Positions 31,138-43,100 of a DNA stretch of 64,000 bases are shown one piece after another (position 1 is the first letter of the stretch; each line of letters begins with the position of its first letter). The notes under the pieces were generated by a model. It saw nothing but the letters and a program-made list of their open reading frames with translations, did no database searches and was not told the DNA's origin. Source of the DNA: Macrostomum lignano (taxonomy: Eukaryota); NCBI GenBank assembly GCA_002269645.1, contig NIVC01001459.1, positions 186,001 through 250,000 of the forward strand, written 5' to 3'. Position numbers and translations under genes: made by a program.

Positions 31138-34100
31138 GTGAGTACAACTGTTGTATGGCTTATCCGTTATAACTTGTTGATTCGTTTACTCTGCGTGTTT
31201 TTGGGTCTTTGTTCCGTGTAGTTGTGGGTCTTTGTTCCGTGTAGTTTGGGGTCTTTGTTCTGTGTAGTTTCGGGTCTTTGTTCCGTGTAGTTTGGGGTCT
31301 TTGTTCTGTGTAGTTTCGGGTTTTTTTCCGTGTAGTTTCGAGTATTTTTTCGTTTAGTTTCGGGTCTTTTTTCGTTTAGTTTCGGGTCTTTGTTCCGTGT
31401 AGTTTCCGGTCTTTGTTCTGTTTAGTTTTCGGTCTTTGTTCTGTAGTTTGGTGTCTCTGTTTTGTAGTTTCGGGTCTTTAATCCATATAAGTTTCGGGTC
31501 TGCTGCGTAGTATGGGGTTCTTGTGTAAGCACATACGGCGATATATGAAGTAATAGCTGTAATACTTCGTGCATTTTTTGCGAACCAAACAAGTGGTTAG
31601 TTTGCACCTAAAACAAAAAATAATCTAAATTATATGCGCAGTGAAGACCGCCTCTTCTACTCAGCTTTTTCTGACAATTTAATTCTGTTTACAACAATTT
31701 TTTTTACTGAATCTCCTATTTTTTACGCGCTTGTAGACTTGAGTATGTTTTCTCGCAAAAAGATACCGTTGCTAAAAATAGCATCATGCTTATGATAGAA
31801 TGTTTGCTGTGGAATCAACCATTGCAATTTAAGTTTGAGAACTGTGAGAATTTTCAAATTCACAGTTCGGTGATATTTTTCAGAATCATGAGTGCCATTT
31901 GTCAGAATCATGAGTGCCATTTGTCAGAATCATTAGTGCCATTTGTCAGAATCATAAGTGCCATTTGTCAGAATCATAAATGCCATTTGTCAGAATCATA
32001 AATGCCATTTGTCAGAATCAAAAGTGCCATTTGTCAGAATCATAAATGCCATTTGTCAGAATCATAAATGCCATTTGTCAGAATCAAAAGTGCCATTTGT
32101 CAGAATCATAAATGCCATTTGTCAGAATCATAAATGCCATTTGTCAGAATCATAAATGCCATTTGTCAGAAACAAAAGTGCCATTTGTCAGAATCATAAA
32201 TGCCATTTGTCAGAATCATAAATGCCATTTGTCAGAATCAAAAGTGCCATTTGTCAGAATCATAAATGCCATTTGTCAGAATCATAAATGCCATTTGTCA
32301 GAATCATAAATGCCATTTGTCAGAATCAAAAGTGCCATTTGTCAGAATCATAAATGCCATTTGTCAGAATCATAAATGCCATTTGTCAGAATCATAAATG
32401 CCATTTTTGTCAATACACAAGCACCCTAACATTAAAAACATTTCTCACAGGTGGCTGGAACAATTTATCGAAGAAGGCGGCCTCGACCTGTTAATCGAAT
32501 ACATGGGCCGATCTTTGGACGATTTGATCAGGTAAAGTTCAAGATGTACTTTTATTGTGTTCGAAAAAATCAAAATTACCCTTGTTGCCTCGTTGTAAAA
32601 CAAGCTAATGCACTGAAGGTTGTATATTTATTTAGTGTATAAAATAACTCGATTTGTCACCCCCACCGATTGATATAGATGGTGGATTGGCAGAATAATG
32701 CTATCACAATCTGCACCATTGCTAAGTTCGTAAGTTATCAAATTTTAGATTATTAAATCTTGATTGCTGTGTAACCAACTAATAGATAGATCAATTGATA
32801 TTTAATATAAATTATAACTGCATGTTCTGTGTGCCTCTTAACTTACAATAAAAACGGGTGCAGTATCGGAATGTGTACATGGGAATAATTCATATTCTTC
32901 TCGATCTACCGTCTCGATCTCTGTCTGCGGTCTGTCTGATCTCTATCTGCCGTTTGTCTGATCTCTATCTGCCGTTTGTCTGATCTCTATCTGCCGTTTG
33001 TCTGATCTCTATCTGCCGTTTGTTTGATCTCTATCTGCCGTTTGTTTGATCTCTATCTGCCGTTTGTTTGATCTCTATCTGCCGTCTGTCTGATCTCTAT
33101 CTGCCTTCTGTCTGATCTCTATCTGCCGTTTGTCTGATCTCTATCTGCCGTTTGTTTGATCTCTATCTGCCGTCTGTCTGATCTCTATCTGCCTTCTGTC
33201 TGATCTCTATCTGCCGCCTGTCTGATCTCTATCTGCCGTCTGTCTGATCTCTATCTGCCGCCTGTCTGATCTCTATCTGCCGCCTGTCTGATCTCTATCT
33301 GCCGCCTGTCTGATCTCTATCTGCCGCCTGTCTGATCTCTATCTGCCGCCTGTCTGATCTCTATCTGCCGCCTGTCTGATCTCTATCTGCCGCCTGTCTG
33401 ATCTCTATCTGCCGTCTGTCTGATCTCTATCTGCCGTTTGTCTGATCTCTATCTGCCGTCTGTCTGATCTCTATCTGCCGTCTGTCTGATCTCTATCTGC
33501 CGTCTGTCTGATCTCTATCTGCCGTTTTTCTGATCTCTATCTGCCGTCTGTCTGATCTCTATCTGCCGTCTGTCTGATCTCTATCTGCCGTCTCTATCAA
33601 GTTGATAAAAATTGCAATATTTTCAGTGTTTTGTTTAACACGCATGCAGGCATGAATGGCTTGGCGTGCAAAGAGTTATGAATACTAATATCTACTACCA
33701 TTATCACAATACAGATAGCGACTAATTTAAGCATTGCTTTCTGTATACAACATTTAATATTTTGCGGCGTTAGTTTTGTGCTGTTTCGGCTTGGCTTTGG
33801 ACTGTTTTGATCTTGTTAAATGGATTAATATAAAAGTTGTATCCAGCTTCTATGGCGGCATCGCGGTTCCTTTTGATGTTGCTGATGCACCATCATTTTT
33901 TAAAGATATCTCTGTCCTCAATTCATTTGTTGATTTCTGTTGTCTGTGTGCCTGTTTATCTATGCCATATTTTCTCAGCATTTTTCGCACTGCCTGTCGG
34001 ATCTCTCTATCTACAGTCTCTGTGATCTCTATCTACAGTGTCTGTGATCTCTATCTACAGTCTCTGTGATCTCTATCTACAGTGTCTGTGATCTCTATCT

Positions 34101-37100
34101 ACAGTCTCTGTGATCTCTATCTACAGTGTCTGTGATCTCTTTCTACAGTCTCTGTGATCTCTATCTACAGTCTCTGTGATCTCTATCTACAGTCTCTGTA
34201 TTCTCTATCTACAGTCTCTGTGATCTCTATCTACAGTCTCTGTGATCTCTATCTACAGTCTCTGTGATCTCTATCTACAGTCTCTGTGATCTCTATCTAC
34301 AGTCTCTGTGATCTCTATCTACAGTGTCTGTGATCTCTATCTACAGTCTCTGTGATCTCTATCTACAGTCTCTGTGATCTCTATCTACAGTCTCTGTGAT
34401 CTCTATCTACAGTGTCTGTGATCTCTATCTACAGTCTCTGTGATCTCTATCTACAGTCTCTGTGATATTTATCTACAGTGTCTGTGATCTCAATCTACAG
34501 TCTCTGTGATCTCTATCTACAGTGTCTGTGATCTCTATCTACAGTCTCTGTGATCTCAATCTACAGTGTCTGTGATCTCTATCTACAGTCTCTGTGATCT
34601 CTATCTACAGTCTCTGTGATATTTATCTACAGTGTCTGTGATCTCTATCTACAGTCTCTGTGATCTCTATCTCAGTGTCTGTGATCTCTATCTACAGTCT
34701 CTGTGATCTCTATCTACAGTCTCTGTGATCTCTATCTACAGTGTCTGTGATCTCTATCTACAGTCTCTGTGATCTCTATCTACAGTGTCTGTGATCTCTA
34801 TCTACAGTCTCTGTGATCTCTATCTACAGTCTCTGTGATCTCTATCTACAGTCTCTGTGATCTCTATCTACAGTGTCTGTGATCTCTATCTACAGTGTCT
34901 GTGATCTCTATCTACAGTGTCTGTGATCTCTATCTACAGTCTCTGTGATCTCTATCTACAGTGTCTGTGATCTCTATCTACAGTCTCTGTGATCTCTATC
35001 TACAGTCTCTGTGATCTCTATCTACAGTGTCTGTGATCTCTATCTACAGTCTCTGTGATCTCTATCTACAGTGTCTGTGATCTCTATCTACAGTCTCTGT
35101 GATCTCTATCTACAGTGTCTGTGATCTCTATCTACAGTCTTTGTGATCTCTATCTACAGTGTCTGTGATCTCTATCTACAGTCTCTGTGACCTCTATCTA
35201 CAGTGTCTGTGATATCTATCTACAGTCTCTGTGATCTCTATCTACAGTCTCTGTGATCTCTATCTACAGTGTCTGTGATCTCTATCTACAGTCTCTGTGA
35301 TCTCTATCTACAGTGTCTGTGATCTCTATCTACAGTCTCTGTGATCTCTATCTACAGTATCTGTGATCTCTATCTACAGTGTCTGTGATCTCTATCTACA
35401 GTCTCTGTGATCTCTATCTACAGTGTCTGTGATCTCTATCTACAGTCTCTGTGATCTCTATCTACAGTGTCTGTGATCTCTATCTACAGTCTTTGTGATC
35501 TCTATCTACAGTGTCTGTGATCTCTATCTACAGTCTCTGTGACCTCTATCTACAGTGTCTGTGATCTCTATCTACAGTCTCTGTGATCTCTATCTACAGT
35601 CTCTGTGATCTCTATCTACAGTGTCTGTGATCTCTATCTACAGTCTCTGTGATCTCTATCTACAGTGTCTGTGATCTCTATCTACAGTCTCTGTGATCTC
35701 TATCTACAGTATCTGTGATCTCTATCTACAGTCTCTGTGATCTCTATCTACAGTCTCTGTGATCTCTATCTACAGTCTCTGTGATCTCTATCTACAGTCT
35801 CTGTGATCTCTATCTACAGTCTCTGTGATCTCTATCTACAGTTTCTGTGATCTTTATCTACCTACAGTCTGTGATCTCTATCTACAGTGTCTGTGATCTC
35901 TATCTACCTACAGTCTGTGATCTTTATCTACCTACAGTCTGTGATCTCTATCTACCTACAGTCTGTGATCTCTATCTACCTACAGTCTGTGATCGCTCTG
36001 AGTTCACACAGTTTCAAAAAGCCATGTCTATTTCTTGTGTCAGTTTATTGTCATTTAAAAAACTTATTATTATAAGACAGCCCTGCAGCTAAAATAACAC
36101 AAAAATAGGATCCTTGTTTTTATATGCTATTTTTCATAGCTGCCATGTAAGCGGTTTGCTGTGCTATAATATTCTGTGTTGTTCGCCATTATTCTGGCTG
36201 TCTGTCTGTCTGTGTTTTTTGCCACCTTATAGAATCCTGAGTCCTAATAGATCTGTTATTTAAAGTTCTAAATTTAGACTAGCATATTACGTATCTACTG
36301 TAGTAATGCCATGCTTGCTTTGCTTTAGAATGCGCATATTCAGATATTTAATTTTAGTTAGTGGTGCAAGCGATAAAGAGAGTTCTGTGCCCGCGTGTGC
36401 AATGTAAGGTAAACAAAAATATTCAAGTTACACTGGCCCGCTTGGAAAGTAGAAGTTGCTTAGCATAAGAAAAATGTATGTATATTATATATAATTTAGG
36501 CGTTTACCTAGTTAGATACATCTGCCTTATTGTAACAGTGACTTTTGTGCAGCTTTGCATTGCAAGGTTTTGGGCTTGAGGTAGCGGGTGGTTTTCTGTT
36601 TGCTGCCAAAGTGTTTTTCTTATGCAGTTGCTAGGTTGTTCCTTTTTTCGTGATGTACAAGCAAGCGAACTTGCCTAAATTAGTTTATAGTTCAGTTTTT
36701 TAAAGAAGGTACATCTTGATATAAATTTAAAAAGTTCCTTTTTTAAGATTTGCATTGGAATGCAATTTTAACTGAGAGAAAGTCTTGACAGTGAGATTCT
36801 TAGACTGACCCGAAACTGCAGGGGTGAGATTCTTAGACTGACCTGAAAGTGCAGGGGTGAGATTCTTAGACTGAACCGAAACTGCAGGGGTGAGATTCTT
36901 AGACTGACCTGAAACTACAGGGGTGAGATTCTTAGACTGACCCGAAACTGCAGGGGTGAGATTCTTAGACTGACCTGAAAGTGCAGGGGTGAGATTCTTA
37001 GACTGACCCGAAACTGCAGGGGTGAGATTCTTAGACTGACCTGAAAGTGCAGGGGTGAGATTCTTAGACTGAACCGAAACTGCAGGGGTGAGATTCTTAG

Positions 37101-40100
37101 ACTGACCTGAAACTACAGGGGTGAGATTCTTAGACTGACCCGAAACTGCAGGGGTGAGATTCTTAGACTGACCCGAAACTGCAGGGGTGAGATTCTTAGA
37201 TTGACCTGAAAGTGCAGGGGTGAGATTCTTAGACTGACCCGAAACTGCTGGGTGAGATTCTTACATTGATCCAAAACTGCAGGGGTGAGATTCTTAGATT
37301 GACCCGAAACTACAGGGGTGAGATTCTTACATTGACCAGAAACTAGAGGGGTGAGATTCTTAGATTGACCCGAAACTACAGGGGTGAGATTGTTAGATTG
37401 ACCCGAAACTACAGGGGTGAGATTCTTAGATTGACCCGAAACTACAGGGGTGAGATTGTTAGATTGACCCGAAACTACAGGGGTGAGATTGTTAGATTGA
37501 CCCGAAAGTGCAGGGGTAAGATTCTTAGATTGACCCGAAACTACAGGGGTGAGATGTGCTTAACACTTACAAGACCCATCTAAAATCCCTGGGAATTTTT
37601 AACGCATTCTCTACCAGATCCGAGGACTCGCTGCCCCTATTGAACGGTTCCGCCGCGGCAGCTGCGGCAGCTCTGGGCGCCGCACCCGGCAACATGTCGG
37701 CCCTGTCGCCCTCTCTGCAGCGCTCCACCCTCGGTCCAAGCCAGCCTCAGCAGACTCCGCCAACGGCAAAGTCAAAATCCGGCAAATCTGGCAAACGGCA
37801 CAAGGCCGCTGCAGTCGGCGAGACCAGCTTCGTTGTTAGCGGCGGCAGCGGCGCGCGCGCAGGTCGTCGACGTTCGTCCTCGGCGCTGCGCGTTGGCAAG
37901 AGTCAGTTCCATCGGCTGCAGCTGGCCGGAGCTACTGTTGAACCGGACGAGTCGCTCTTGAACGATTTGCACAATGGCATCAAGTGCATGCGGGTGTTCT
38001 TTAATAATCAGCGCGCTTGTCAGAGAACTTTTCAGGTGAGACCATGCCTTTCTCTAGTCTCACCCTGCCGGTCTCTAGTCTCACCCTGCCGGTCTCTAGT
38101 CTCACCCTGCCGGTCTCTAGTCTCACCCTGCCGGTCTCTAGTCTCACCCTGCCGGTCTCTAGTCTCACCCTGCCGGTCTCTAGTCTCACCCTGCCGGTCT
38201 CTATTCTCACCCTGCCGGTCTCTAGTCTCACCCTGCCGGTCTCTAGTCTCACCCTTCATGTCTCTAGTCTCACCCTGTCTGTCTCTAGGCTCACCATGTC
38301 CTTTTCTAGTCTCACCCTGTGTCTCTAGTCTCAACCTGAAAATTCTCTCTTTCTGTCTGTTGTCTCACCCCGTCAGTCTCTAGTCTCAACCTGTCTGTCT
38401 GAAATTTCTCCTGTCTGTCTGTTGTCTCACCCTGTCTGTCTCTAGTCTCACCCTGTCTGTCTCTAGTCTAACCCTGTCTGTCTCTAGTCTAAACCTGTCT
38501 GTCTCGAATCTCATCCTGTCTGTCTCTAGTCTCATCCTGTCTGTCTGTTTTCTCACCCTTTCTGTCTCTAGTCTCACTCCGTATGTTTCTGCTCATCCTG
38601 TCTGTATCCACTTTCTCTCTCCCTGTCTCTACTCCCTCTTCCCTATCTCTCTACATGTCTAAAATACACGCTATATCTGTAGTCTCACCATGTGAGACTT
38701 GCCAACTTGCCATTCCCCCAAAACCTACCTACTTGCAGGACAAGACCGCCATAAACATAATTGCCCAATGCCTGTTGCATCCCCGTTTCGCCACGAAGAC
38801 TCTGGTGCTGGAGCTGCTGGCAGCCCTGTGCATGCTAGACGGCATGCACCAGCAAGTTCTGGACGCTTTCGACTTCTTCAAAGAGCGAGTCGGCGAGAAA
38901 CGCCGCTGGGAGACTTTGATGATGCACTTTAAGCAGCATGACAGCCTACCGGCTGAGCACTACTGCCTAGAGTTCATGATCAGCTGCGCCAGGTTCATCA
39001 ATATTGTGCAGAATGTCAGCAATGAGCACATTGGACTTCGGGTCTTTTTACAATCGGAATTCTCCCAACTGGGTCTCGACAGCTTCCTGCACTCGTTGCG
39101 CGGTCACTACGAGGATGCGAGATTGAATAGTCAAATTGAAGCGATATTTGAGAATAGCATCGATGTTGCCGGCTTGTATCAGGACTCGCTGGCTAAGCAG
39201 AGCGCCGTTACTAGGTGAGTTTAGCGCCAATTAAGCGCCACAATCTAGACTTTGGCGCCAATTAAGCACCACATTGTCTAGACTTTGGCGCCAATTAAGC
39301 GACACAATCTAGACTTTGGCGACAATCAAGCGCCACAATCTAGACTTCAGCGAAAATCAAGCGCCACAATCTAGACTTCAGCGAAAATCAAGCGCCACAA
39401 TCTAGACTTTGGCGACAATCAAGCGCCACAATCTAGACTTTGGCGACAATCAAACGCCACAATCTAGACTTCAGCGAAAATCAAGCGACACAATCTAGAC
39501 TTTGGCGACAATCAAGCGCCACAATCTAGACTTCAGCGAAAATCAAGCGCCACAATCTAGACTTCAGCGAAAATCAAGCGCCACAATCTAGACTTCAGCG
39601 AAAATCAAGCGCCACAATCTAGACTAAAGTGCCACAATCTAGACTTTAACGCCAATTATAAGCAATATGACAAAAATCACAGCAGGGATTTAACTAATTC
39701 CAATATCCCCTATTCCTCACCCCGCAGAGCCGCTGCCCTGGAGGAGCAACTCTACCAAACTCAGTCCCGACTCCGTGAAGCCGAAGACACCGCCGCGGAA
39801 CGCCTGGCGGAGCTGCGCGAACGCTTGACCAGCCGGGAGGCGGATTGCGCAACCCTTCGAGCTGATAAAGAGGCCGCACTCGAGGAGATGCAGAACAGCC
39901 TCAGCGCCGCGAGCAAGCACGCGGACGAGAAACAGCACCGACTGGCTCAGCGACTCGCAGATTTGGAGACAAAACTTCGCCAAGCCGAATCTGCCGTCGC
40001 CGCCGCGAAAGAGCGGGAGCAGAAACTGCTGCAACAATTGCAGCAGCAGCAGCAGCAACAACCGACTGAGACGCCTGGAGTTCCCGCCGCTAAGATTCCC

Positions 40101-43100
40101 GGCGTTAATTCTCCGGCTCCCGCTGCTGCAGCGCCACCTCCTCCGCCTCCGCCGCCACCACCACCGCCGCCGCCACCGCCTGGAGGTCCGGGCGGTCCGC
40201 CGCCTCCGCCCCCTCCGCCGCCTCCGCCAGGCGTCCCAGGCGGAGCCGGGCGTTTAGCGGTGAAATCTCCGCTGGTGCCGAAGAATCGTTTGCCAATGTT
40301 GAATTGGACAGCAATACCTGCCAATGTGTGCCGGGGCACCGTGTTTATGGATATGAATGACGATCAGGTTGGTTGCTTTAGTTGCTTTTGCACTTTTTAT
40401 AGCGTATAATATGTATATTGTAATCCCTTCATATCCAAACTAAGCTCCCTTCACAAACCCCTAGTTAAGCCACACTTCACTAAGCCCTGATTAAGTTCCT
40501 CCACAAAACCCTAATTAAGCCCCTTTCATAAAACAAGTTAAGCTCCTTTCATAATACCCCTAATTAAGCTCCCTTCACAAACCCCCTAATTAAGCTTCCT
40601 TCACAAAACCCTAATTAAGCTCCCTTCACAACCCCTAATTAAGCTTCCTTCACAATATCCCTAATTAAGCTCCCTTCACAATATCCCTAATTAAGCTCCC
40701 TTCATAAAGCCCCTAATTAAGCTCCCTTCACAAAACCCCTAATTAAGCTCCCTTCACAATATCCCTAATTAAGCTCCTTTTATAAAGCCCCTAATTAAGC
40801 TCCCTTCACAATATCCCTAATTAAGCTCCTTTCACAAAACCCCTAATTAAGCTCCCTTCACAAAACCCCTAATTAAGCTCCCTTCACAACCCCTAATTAA
40901 GCTTCCTTCACAATATCCCTAATTAAGCTCCCTTCACAACCCCTAATTAAGCTTCCTTCACAATATCCCTAATTAAGCTCCCTTCACAAAACCCCTAATT
41001 AAGCTCCCTTCACAAAACCCCTAATTAAGCTCCCTTCACAAAACCCCTAATTAAGCTCCCTTCACAATATCCCTAATTAAGCTCCCTTCACAAAACCCCT
41101 ACTTAAGCTCCCTTCACAAAACCCCTAATTAAGCTCCCTTCACAATATCCCTAATTAAGCTCCCTTCACAAAACCCCTACTTAAGCTCCCTTCACAAAAC
41201 CCCTACTTAAGCTCCCTTCACAACCCCTAATTAAGCTCCCTTCACAAAACCCCTAATTAAGCTCCCTTCACAAAACCCCTACTTAAGCTCCCTTCACAAA
41301 ACCCCTAATTAAGCTCCCTTCACAATATCCCTAATTAAGCTCCCTTCACAAAACCCCTACTTAAGCTCCCTTCACAAAACCCCTACTTAAGCTCCCTTCA
41401 CAACCCCTAATTAAGCTCCCTTCACAAAACCCCTAATTAAGCTCCCTTCACAAAACCCCTAATTAAGCTCCCTTCACAAAACCCCTAATTAAGCTCCCTT
41501 CACAAAACCCCTACTTAAGCTCCCTTCACAAAGCCTTCAAAGCGCCGAGTCCCCCATGGCCTCCCCTCTGCAGGCTCGCAGCCGCATCGACCTGGACGAT
41601 CTGGAAGACAAATTCAAGCTAGCCGGCGGCGGTGGCACCGCATTCGGCGGCAAAGGCGACGCATCGGACGGCGAATCGATGACTGCATCGTCGACGCGTC
41701 TTGCCGCCGCAGTTAAAAAATTGGAACGACCGACACTGCTGAGTCACGACAGGTTCCGCAATCTGGCGGTAACCAAGCACAAAGTTGACTCGTTGGGACT
41801 GTCCTATGATCAGCTGGCTCTGGCTATTAAGCGATTGGATTCGGACAAGATTAACGCTGATATGGCTGAGATACTGCTGCGGCAGGGGCTGCCCTCGGAT
41901 GAAGAGGTGCAGGCTTACAGAAGGCACCAGTTTGATGAGGGCAATCGGGTGGAGGATCTGAGCGAACAGGTGAGGATGAAGCAGAGATGCCTTTTTCGTG
42001 ATTCTTCTCTACACTGCTTTTTGGGAAATTCTAATTACTAAATAAGTTCAGGATTTATGAGATTTTATTACGTAGTTGCTAAATTAGGGATTTGGGAGAT
42101 TTTAGTCACTAAATTGAAGATTTAGGAGCTTTTAGTTATTAAATTGAGGATTGGGAGAGTTTAGTTACTCCGCCTCCTCGCTGCATCCGCCGGACGCCCC
42201 TGCAGCTAAGTCAAGTAAGTCAAGAGTTTAGTTACTAAATCGAGGATTGGGAGAGTTTAGTTACTAAATAGAGGATTTAGAAAAGTTTAGCTACTAAATT
42301 TAGGATTTAGGAGAGTTTAGTTACTAAATTTAGGATTTAGGAGAGTTTAGTTACTAAATTTAGGATTTAGGAGAGTTTAGTTACTAAATTTAGGATTTAG
42401 GAGAGTTTAGTTACTAAATTTAGGATTTAGGAGAGTTTAGTTACTAAATTGAGGATTTAGGAGAGTTTAGTTACTAAATTGAGGATTTAGGAGAGTTTAG
42501 TTACTAAATTGGGGAATTGGGAGATTTTGGTTGCTAAGCTGGGTATTTGGGAGATTTTAGTTGCTAAGCTGGGGACTTGGGAGATTCTAGTTTCTAAGTT
42601 AAGGATTTGGCATATTTTAGTTACCAAGTTAAGAATTGAGGAGATTTTAGTCACTAAATAGAGAATTTACTGGAAGCTTGCAGTTATTAAATCGAGAACT
42701 TTTAGGGAGATTTTCCATGATGTCTGAAAACTGTTTTTACCTATTAATTAAGTGATTTAGACTTTATTTCATTTTCAGTAAGGTTAGCATTTTCAATCTT
42801 CAATTTTCAATCTATCAGGACCAACTCTTGGCTCGGCTGTGCCGGGTCCCCCGTCTGGAGCGGCGACTCAAAGCTCTACAATTTATTGGCCAGTTTGCTG
42901 AGAACCTGGCAGCGGTTGAGCCGCCACTGCTCACCATCATTGCGGCCTGCTCGTCACTGGAGAAAGCTAACAAGTTCAAGAAAGTTCTGGAGATCATTCT
43001 GGCTATAGGGAACTACTTTAATAGTCACCGGAGAGGCACAGCTTACGGCTTCCGTTTAGCCAGTTTAACAACTCTTCAGGATGTTAAATCTGCTGACAAG

